64,000 nt of DNA from an uncultured Roseivirgaceae bacterium (GTDB lineage Bacteria; Bacteroidota; Bacteroidia; Cytophagales; Cyclobacteriaceae): assembly GCA_964488585.1 (NCBI GenBank), contig CAZAWQ010000095.1, positions 531 to 64,530 of the forward strand. The letters run 5' to 3'. The first letter of the stretch is position 1, and each line of letters opens with the position of its first letter. A model generated the notes under the pieces. The model was given only the letters and a program-made list of their open reading frames with translations. It was not told the origin of the DNA and made no database searches. A program made the translations under genes and the position numbers. Shown here piece by piece: positions 57,360 to 64,000 of the stretch.

Positions 57360-58634
57360 ATGGCCTATATTGAACCGGCCCCTATAAAAGATAAGGAAAA
57401 TCCCTTTGAGTCAATGATGTCCAGGTTTCACATTGCTTCGCAAGCTTTAGGACTGGATGATGAGGTCTATAATGTACTCAAGTCTCCCGCAAAACAAGTT
57501 CAGGTATCACTACCAATTACCATGGATGATGGTTCTCTCAAGGTATTTGAAGGTTTTAGAGTAATCCACTCTAATATTTTGGGACCGTCTAAAGGTGGTG
57601 TCAGGTATGATATGAGTGTACATATGGACGAGGTTAAAGCCTTGGCCGCCTGGATGACCTGGAAATGTGCAGTGGTTGATATCCCTTATGGGGGCGCAAA
57701 AGGTGGCATTAAGTGCAACCCCCGTCAAATGTCAGCCGGTGAGATCGAACGATTAACCAGAGCATATACCTTTGCTATGGCGGAAATATTCGGACCAGAC
57801 CGGGACATTCCTGCACCGGATATGGGGACAGGTCCCAGAGAAATGGCCTGGTTAATGGATGCCTATTCAAAGGTGCAGGGTATGACTGTAAATAGTGTGG
57901 TTACAGGCAAGCCATTGGTCCTAGGCGGCTCACTGGGACGAACGGAAGCCACCGGAAGAGGGGTAATGGTAACTACCTTAGCAGCGATGGCGAAACTAAA
58001 GATCAATCCCTACCAGGCAAGCGTTGCAGTGCAAGGGTTTGGAAATGTAGGATCTTTTGCTAGTCTATTATTAGAAGAAAGAGGATGTAGAGTTGTAGCC
58101 TTAAGTGACTTATCTGGAGCTTATTACAATGAGAAAGGAATTTCAGTGGAAAAAGCCATCGAATATCGGGATAAAAACAATGGACATTTGGAGGGCTTTG
58201 AGGAGGCCGAGAAAATATCAGGAGATGATCTTCTTACATTGAAAACTGATGTTTTAGTACCAGCAGCAACTGAAGATGTAATTACCACTAAAAATGCTGA
58301 TAAGATTAATGTCAGGTTGATTGTTGAAGGTGCTAACGGACCTACCTCGGCTAACGCGGATCCCATAATAAATGATAAGGGAATCATGGTAGCCCCTGAT
58401 ATACTGGCAAATGCCGGCGGAGTAACGGTATCTTATTTTGAGTGGGTTCAAAATAGATTGGGTTATAAGTGGTCGGCAGAGCGGGTTAATCGCCGTTCTG
58501 ATCGCATCATGAAAGACGCTTTCGACCGGGTATATCAGGTGTCACTGGAATACAAGGTAAATATGCGGATTGCGGCCTACATTGTGGCCATAGACAAAGT
58601 AAGTAAGACCTACAAATTCAGAGGCGGGTTTTAA
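57360..58634 (+). CDS. gdh: Glutamate dehydrogenase (Glu/Leu/Phe/Val dehydrogenase family)
   Basis: GPSKGGVR, KCAVVDIPYGGAKGG (catalytic Lys region) and the GFGNVG dinucleotide fold. 424 aa. Confidence 0.95.
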   Translation: MAYIEPAPIKDKENPFESMMSRFHIASQALGLDDEVYNVLKSPAKQVQVSLPITMDDGSLKVFEGFRVIHSNILGPSKGGVRYDMSVHMDEVKALAAWMTWKCAVVDIPYGGAKGGIKCNPRQMSAGEIERLTRAYTFAMAEIFGPDRDIPAPDMGTGPREMAWLMDAYSKVQGMTVNSVVTGKPLVLGGSLGRTEATGRGVMVTTLAAMAKLKINPYQASVAVQGFGNVGSFASLLLEERGCRVVALSDLSGAYYNEKGISVEKAIEYRDKNNGHLEGFEEAEKISGDDLLTLKTDVLVPAATEDVITTKNADKINVRLIVEGANGPTSANADPIINDKGIMVAPDILANAGGVTVSYFEWVQNRLGYKWSAERVNRRSDRIMKDAFDRVYQVSLEYKVNMRIAAYIVAIDKVSKTYKFRGGF

Positions 58635-58645
58635 TAGAAAGGAGC

Positions 58646-59305
58646 ATGAGCATACATCGGGAAGGATATGTTCCACTGCTGACTACTGCAGTGGTACTGT
58701 TAATTTTAAACTTATTAGTAATCCAGTTTTTAACCTGGCCTCCCCCTTGGCCGACATTGGTACATCTGACCAGTACTATATCATTTTTTATGATTCTGCA
58801 GTTTTTCAGGAACCCTAAAGTAAATACAGTTATTGATGATCGCAAAGTATACGCCCCCGCGAATGGAAAGGTAGTAGTAATTGAAGAAACCCACGAGCAA
58901 GAATACTTTAACCAACCCCGTAAACAAATAAGTATTTTTATGTCACCTGTAGATGTTCATGTTAACCGGAACCCTGTATCAGGTATCATAAAAATTCTTA
59001 ATTATCATGCCGGCAAGTACCTGGTGGCTTGGCATCCAAAATCAAGTATGGAAAACGAACACACCACTTTGGTTGTAGAGGCTACTCAGGGTGTCGAAAT
59101 ACTGATCCGCCAGATAGCCGGAGCCGTAGCCAGACGGATTAAATGCTATGTTACCGAAGGTGATTTAATAACCCAGGGTGAAGAATTTGGGTTCATTAAA
59201 TTCGGATCTCGAGTCGATGTATTTTTGCCTTTAGACGCTGAAATTAATGTAAGCATCGGTGAGAAAACCATAGCCGGCAAAACTGTAATTGCTCATTTAG
59301 TTTAA
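58646..59305 (+). CDS. psd: Phosphatidylserine decarboxylase proenzyme (short, membrane-anchored type)
   Basis: ISIFMSP.DVH.NR.P and the self-cleavage site context FGFIKFGSRVDVF (G-S). It starts 11 nt after the gdh stop. Confidence 0.9.
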   Translation: MSIHREGYVPLLTTAVVLLILNLLVIQFLTWPPPWPTLVHLTSTISFFMILQFFRNPKVNTVIDDRKVYAPANGKVVVIEETHEQEYFNQPRKQISIFMSPVDVHVNRNPVSGIIKILNYHAGKYLVAWHPKSSMENEHTTLVVEATQGVEILIRQIAGAVARRIKCYVTEGDLITQGEEFGFIKFGSRVDVFLPLDAEINVSIGEKTIAGKTVIAHLV

Positions 59306-59360
59306 TTTTTTTATAAATCTTGACCAGTTTAACAGAGGGCTTCCGTTAGAAACTGTTCCT

Positions 59361-59961
59361 ATGAACCAACCAAAGAAATTTCGTGAAGTAATCAATACCA
59401 GCTATAGTTTCAAAGGTGATTCTTTGTTGCTTGGAACCGCCATGGTGGAAGATACAACATGCATTAAGAGCATTTACTGCCAAAGATCGAAAGGCGATCA
59501 AACTGGCAGCAGAAAATTACCCGCTTACGGAATTCTATAATACTAGTGAAGAATTGACAAAACTAGGAATTGGTGAGGCTATGGTTACCGTGCTTAATGA
59601 AAAAGGGATACCGACTGCTCTGGTACGTACTTTATTAAGAGCACCTTATAGTCGGATGGATATCATAAATGAGACTGAATTTCAAGAAGTTCTAGGTCAA
59701 TCTAGCCTAAAGAACAGGTATAATAAGGAAATCGACAGAGAAAGCGCCTACGAAAAATTGACCCGGAAGCTGGAGCAAGTTGCCAAGGATCAAGACATAA
59801 CAGTTGAGAAGAAAAGTAAGCAAAAAACCTCTAAAACAGAGCTTACATTTTTTGAGACCCTCAGTAAAAACACTATGATCAGGCAAATGGGCAGAACTTT
59901 GATGCGCGAGCTGTCAAGGGGAATATTAGGAGTATTAGGGGCAACCACCAAACGACGGTAA
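59361..59961 (+). pseudogene. DUF853 (YjgR-like P-loop NTPase) remnant with a large internal deletion
   Basis: ATG at 59361 opens MNQPKKFREVINTSYSFKGDSLLLGTAMVE, a DUF853-like N-terminus. Around 59451-59460 the similarity switches frame to ALRAFTAKDRKAIKLAA...GIGEAMVTVLNEKGIP...MGRTLMRELSRGILGVLG, a DUF853 C-terminus. The ~300-aa Walker-A core is absent. Confidence 0.6.
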
Positions 59962-60064
59962 TCAAAAATAATGGTAAGATTAACGCCAAATTCAATAAAA
60001 TGTTTACCTTGATAAGTCTGAGTACCAAGTACTTCATGTTGCACCCTATGAACCTTACCTTGAT

Positions 60065-60265
60065 ATGAGTATACATAAAGTGATCGAACTCCTTGCAGAA
60101 TCGGATAAAAGTTGGGAAGATGCCGCCCAAAATGCAGTAAAGGAAGCGGGTAAATCCCTGAAAAACATAAGAGCGGTAAATGTAAATAACCAGAGCTGCG
60201 TTATTGTCAAGAACAAGATAAGTAAGTTCAGGGTCAATGTTAAAGTCACCTTTGAAGTAGAGTAA
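60065..60265 (+). CDS. Dodecin-family flavin-binding protein
   Basis: 66 aa. KVIEL.A.S..SWEDA...AV..A.K.L.NI........Q...V.......F.V.VKVTF is the typical dodecin pattern. Confidence 0.8.
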   Translation: MSIHKVIELLAESDKSWEDAAQNAVKEAGKSLKNIRAVNVNNQSCVIVKNKISKFRVNVKVTFEVE

Positions 60266-60275
60266 GACCCAATGG

Positions 60276-60947
60276 TCAGGCCAGGTCCAGGAATGGCTTC
60301 CAGTAGGGAGTTGAAGGTAAGGGAGCTTCTATTGTAAGGGATTCTTTTTTCACGGGATGTTCAAAGTGCAATCTTTTGGCATGCAATCCTATTGCTCGTG
60401 CAGGATTTCCTTTGTATCCATATTTCACATCTCCTGCAATAGGACATCCTACAGCGCTTAGTTGTGCACGAATTTGATGGGCTCTCCCAGTCAGTGGAAT
60501 TACCTCAAGTAAAAATTTACGGTTTCGTACCATTATTAAGGAATAATCAAGCTGAGACAATTTGGACCCTTTGGCTTCGCGATGAAAACTGGTGGTACGA
60601 TTCTTCTTACTGTTTTTTCTCAACCAATGAGTCAAAGTGTCGGACTCATTTGGAGGTGCATTCGCGGTTACCGCCCAATAGAGTTTGCCAACTTTTCTAT
60701 CGGTAAAGATCCGGTTCATTCGTGTAAGTGCTTTGGAAGTTTTAGTCAGTAACACTACTCCGCTAACTGGTCGGTCAAGGCGATGTACCAGGCCAACATA
60801 CACCTTACCAGGTTTATTATACTTAACCTTTAAATACTCTTTAGCACAATCCACCAAGCAGGTGTCTCCCGTTTGGTCTCCCTGGACCAACAACCCTGCT
60901 GGTTTATTTATGGCTAGTAGGTGATTGTCCTCATACAGTATTTCCAT
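60276..60947 (-). CDS. RluA-family pseudouridine synthase
   Basis: NKPAGLLV, the HRLDRPVSGV catalytic Asp motif and GRAHQIRAQL. ATG at 60947 preferred over TTG at 60992. Confidence 0.9.
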   Translation of the reverse strand: MEILYEDNHLLAINKPAGLLVQGDQTGDTCLVDCAKEYLKVKYNKPGKVYVGLVHRLDRPVSGVVLLTKTSKALTRMNRIFTDRKVGKLYWAVTANAPPNESDTLTHWLRKNSKKNRTTSFHREAKGSKLSQLDYSLIMVRNRKFLLEVIPLTGRAHQIRAQLSAVGCPIAGDVKYGYKGNPARAIGLHAKRLHFEHPVKKESLTIEAPLPSTPYWKPFLDLA

Positions 60948-61156
60948 ATTACTGTGTGCTGCAGCATTATCAAATTGGAAAAATTTTCTCAATATGATCG
61001 TAAATTTTGGTTCCAGCTCATTCGGATATTGTTTTTAATTCGTCATATATACCTGATATTCAATATAGTATAATATAATGACTTAAAATCAGTGTTAAAA
61101 ATAATCAAATAGGCATGGTAATGGCAAATTTAATTGGCGAACATGAACCTAGTGCT

Positions 61157-61693
61157 ATGAAAAGATTATTTTGTTCAATATTCGTCATCTGTTTTGCACT
61201 CCACGCGTTTGCTCAACAGAATCTGGAGGATGAAATACTTCAGGCCCGTGTTCACTACATGAATGCAGCTAAAGTAAGCTATATCACATCGGCTGAGGTA
61301 TATCGGGTTACCAAAGAACCAAAAAAAGAATCTGAAATACCCAATGACATTCAACAGTCCTTCAAAAACAAATATAAGGGAGCAAGAAATGTAGTATGGG
61401 TTATTAAAGAAGATAGGTACAAAGTTAATTTCATCTATAAGGGCAATGAGATGTTTACCTATCTCGACCGGCATGGACTATGGATGAAAAGTTTTACCAA
61501 GCTAAAGCAGGATGATCTTCCTAGGCAAGTAGTTTTGTACTTGGAGTCGCAATACGCTGACTACCAGCTTACCAAGTACTATTTGAAGGATAAACCTAGT
61601 GGTAAGTCCTATACGGTTGCCATCAAAGGAAACAGCGAGTATGTTTGGTTAGAGTTTGATGAAAACGGGTATATTCTAAACAACCCAACGTAA
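61157..61693 (+). CDS. PepSY-like (DUF2874-type) secreted protein
   Basis: Signal peptide ending AFAQ. Two repeats of the P..I...F...Y......W..E...Y.V.F type, as in PepSY-like beta-lactamase-inhibitor-like domains. Confidence 0.65.
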   Translation: MKRLFCSIFVICFALHAFAQQNLEDEILQARVHYMNAAKVSYITSAEVYRVTKEPKKESEIPNDIQQSFKNKYKGARNVVWVIKEDRYKVNFIYKGNEMFTYLDRHGLWMKSFTKLKQDDLPRQVVLYLESQYADYQLTKYYLKDKPSGKSYTVAIKGNSEYVWLEFDENGYILNNPT

Positions 61694-61736
61694 AATATTA
61701 ATCGTTTTTAAGAGCAATTGATCCACCTCAATTTCC

Positions 61737-61775
61737 AATTGGTTTGACCCCTCGGGGTCAAGCCAATTTCTTTTT
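61737..61775 (+). terminator. Rho-independent terminator (may also act on convergent prfC)
   Basis: A 14-bp stem (61737-61750 with 61755-61768, one G-U pair), a CTCG loop, then TTCTTTTT. The T-run overlaps the prfC stop codon. Confidence 0.8.
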
Positions 61776-63354
61776 AAAATTCGGAGGTGTTATGAAAATT
61801 AATCTCTGGAAAATTTTCCTCCACCATCTGCATCCAGGCTTTGGTCTCCGCCATAAATACCCATTTATCATCCTTGTCTTTAGCGATATGACGATACTTC
61901 GAATCAATAAATTCTTTTATCTTTTTCTGATCCTCCCCACCAATCCAACAAGCCTTGTATAAATTTACCGGATGAAATTTACATTTGGCTCCGTACTCGT
62001 TTAGTAATCGGTGTTGAATCACCTCGAATTGAAGCTGCCCAACCGTACCAACCACTTTACGGGCCCCCATTTCATAAGTAAATAATTGTGCTACTCCTTC
62101 ATCCATCAACTGTCGCAAACCTTTGTTAAGCTGCTTGGTTTTCATAGCATCAAGATTTAATACCTCCTTAAAAATTTCAGGTGAAAAGCTAGGAATACCT
62201 TTGTAACTACCGCGCTCCCCTTCCGTCAAAGTGTCGCCTATTTTTAAGTTCCCCGTATCATACAGACCAATGATATCACCGGGAAACGCTTCGTCAATAA
62301 TCACTTTATTTTGAGCCATGAAAGCGGTAGCATTGGAAAATCTAAGCTTTTTATTCAGACGCACGTGGTGATAGTTATTTCCTCTTTGAAAACGTCCGGA
62401 ACAAACTCTCACAAAAGCGATTCGATTTCGATGCTTGGGATCCATATTTGCATGAATCTTAAAAACAAACCCACTATATTCTGACTCTGCTGGCTGTACC
62501 TCCCGGGTCTCAGTATTTCTTGGCAGAGGAGGCGGGGCAATTTGAATAAAACAATCCAGTAGTTCTCTAACGCCAAAATTATTTACTGCACTACCAAAAA
62601 ATACCGGAGCAATCCTCCCTTCCAGATAGTCCCGCACCTTGAACTCAGGATAGACCCCTTCAATCAGTGTTACCTCTTCACGCAAGATATCCGCATCTGA
62701 ATGGCCAATCTCCTGGTCCAACCTGGGATCTTCCAAATCATCTATTTGCAGGAGATCTTCGGTTAGCTCAGTTTTACTAGGTTGAAACAGCAATAGCTTC
62801 TTTTGATAAAGATCATAAACACCTTTGAACGATTTACCCATGCCAATTGGCCAACTCAATGGTCGAACTGCTATATTCAGTTTTTTCTCAATTTCATCCA
62901 ACAAATCGAACGGGTCCTGACCTTCTCTATCCAATTTATTAATAAATGATATTACCGGTGTTTGACGCATTCGGCAAACTTCCATTAGTTTTTCAGTCTG
63001 GGTTTCTACCCCTTTGACACAATCAATCACCATTATAGCACTGTCTACCGCAGTTAGGGTGCGGTATGTATCCTCTGCAAAATCCTGATGTCCCGGGGTG
63101 TCAAGCAGGTTAACCTTTACGTTTTTATATTCAAATCCCATGACAGAAGTAGCTACTGAAATACCCCTTTGTCTCTCTATTTCCATAAAATCGGAAGTAA
63201 CATGACGATCAATCTTGTTGCTCTTTACCGCGCCTGCCTTTTTTATGGCACCACCAAAAAGCAATAACTTTTCCGTTAATGTGGTCTTTCCGGCATCTGG
63301 GTGACTTATGATGCCAAAGGTTCTTCTTCGCGCTATTTCTTGGTTAAAACTCAT
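61774..63354 (-). CDS. prfC: Peptide chain release factor 3
   Basis: [20 protein letters not shown] (G1), DTPGH (G3) and NKLDR (G4), at a length of 526 aa. Confidence 0.97.
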   Translation of the reverse strand: MSFNQEIARRRTFGIISHPDAGKTTLTEKLLLFGGAIKKAGAVKSNKIDRHVTSDFMEIERQRGISVATSVMGFEYKNVKVNLLDTPGHQDFAEDTYRTLTAVDSAIMVIDCVKGVETQTEKLMEVCRMRQTPVISFINKLDREGQDPFDLLDEIEKKLNIAVRPLSWPIGMGKSFKGVYDLYQKKLLLFQPSKTELTEDLLQIDDLEDPRLDQEIGHSDADILREEVTLIEGVYPEFKVRDYLEGRIAPVFFGSAVNNFGVRELLDCFIQIAPPPLPRNTETREVQPAESEYSGFVFKIHANMDPKHRNRIAFVRVCSGRFQRGNNYHHVRLNKKLRFSNATAFMAQNKVIIDEAFPGDIIGLYDTGNLKIGDTLTEGERGSYKGIPSFSPEIFKEVLNLDAMKTKQLNKGLRQLMDEGVAQLFTYEMGARKVVGTVGQLQFEVIQHRLLNEYGAKCKFHPVNLYKACWIGGEDQKKIKEFIDSKYRHIAKDKDDKWVFMAETKAWMQMVEENFPEINFHNTSEF

Positions 63355-63577
63355 ATGCTAAAAATGATCCGCAAAGTTAGGGATTTTAACTTCATTTACA
63401 TGACTCGGCTGGATGTAAAACTGTCAATGCAGTACCACAGTAAGGAAATCAGTTGTAGTTCCCTGACAATTTGGCACAAAAATTTGCGCGATTAGCTGTT
63501 GGCATAACCCTTGTTGGTATGGTTAATGACAAAAAAATAGTTTCAGCTTAGGCTAAATAATATTTAATAAAAATATC

Positions 63578-64000
63578 ATGGGAAAAATTATAGGAATTGA
63601 TTTAGGAACCACGAACTCGTGTGTAGCGGTTATGGAGGGAAACGAGCCTGTGGTAATACCTAATAGCGAAGGCAGGAGAACAACACCATCTATCGTGGCT
63701 TTTCTTGACGACGGAAATGGAGAGCGCAAGGTGGGTGATCCTGCAAAGCGGCAGGCTATTACCAATCCAACCAATACTATTAGTTCAGTTAAAAGATTTA
63801 TGGGAAAAAAATTCTCTGAGGTTGCAGAAGAGAGAAAAAATGTTTCTTACAAATTGGAGAAAGGAAATAACGACACGGTCAGGGTCAAAATTGGAGACCG
63901 ACTTTATACCCCACAAGAGATCTCTGCTATGATCTTACAAAAAATGAAGTCAACTGCAGAGGACTATCTTGGAATTGAGTTAAAAGACGCGGTAATAACG
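63578..64000 (+). CDS. dnaK: Molecular chaperone DnaK, N-terminal 141 codons (3' end beyond window)
   Basis: Hand translation from the ATG at 63578 gives [42 protein letters not shown], the canonical Hsp70 N-terminus. The frame stays open to the window end, which is why it is not in the ORF track. Confidence 0.95.
   Translation, partial: MGKIIGIDLGTTNSCVAVMEGNEPVVIPNSEGRRTTPSIVAFLDDGNGERKVGDPAKRQAITNPTNTISSVKRFMGKKFSEVAEERKNVSYKLEKGNNDTVRVKIGDRLYTPQEISAMILQKMKSTAEDYLGIELKDAVIT

Noticed and set aside
63472-63487. Sigma-54-like element TGGCACaaaaaTTTGC, 106 nt upstream of dnaK.
   Set aside because: The GG-to-GC spacing is one nucleotide longer than the strict -24/-12 consensus (TGGCACG-N4-TTGC). 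No enhancer-binding protein gene lies nearby, and dnaK is not a typical sigma-54 target.
1-64000. Scanned for rRNA, tRNA, CRISPR arrays, transposases, integrases, phage genes, toxin-antitoxin pairs and restriction-modification or other defence genes.
   Set aside because: None was recognisable in any of the six frames or in the intergenic sequence. The window reads as core chromosome, and the only mobile-like candidates are the short repeats and the long hairpin.

Overview
This window looks like a core chromosomal segment of a Bacteroidota genome, probably Cytophagia- or Flavobacteriia-like. It is about 42% GC, lacks Shine-Dalgarno sequences, carries TAnnTTTG-type promoters and uses many TTG/GTG starts. 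It is densely coding, with about 60 genes.

I saw no rRNA, tRNA, CRISPR array, transposase, integrase or prophage genes. Recognisable blocks:
- rplM-rpsI-rpsB-tsf.
- A six-gene eboA-F-type cluster (4987-11479, minus strand).
- A bactofilin gene and two convergent TerB-like genes.
- A lipid/isoprenoid-themed stretch: tandem-DUF445 gene, GDPD, acyltransferase, phasin-like, ABC1/UbiB kinase, a second DUF445, class I HMG-CoA reductase and a penicillin/AHL-acylase.
- rarA and ltaE.
- An acetate operon: DUF4212 small subunit, SSS symporter and acs.
- ZIP, methyltransferase and apbE, followed by ruvB.
- A complete hisGDCBHAF-IE operon, followed by queG.
- BatD, aroC, a DAACS symporter, Nfu, TerC and dusB.
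- A CPBP protease, cdsA, gdh and psd.
- A decayed DUF853 gene, dodecin, rluA-like, prfC and the 5' end of dnaK.

The most interesting items:
1. The ebo cluster, a conserved biosynthetic or export operon whose product is, as far as I know, unidentified.
2. A His-rich 27-codon leader ORF immediately upstream of hisG.
3. A roughly 178-nt imperfect hairpin that starts in the cdsA stop codon.
4. An A9 frameshift site that splits a tandem-DUF445 gene.
5. A perfect 22-bp palindrome upstream of the phasin-like/ABC1 kinase genes.
6. A family of short interspersed intergenic repeats.

All protein calls come from reading the translated ORFs for family-typical motifs. No database search was run.
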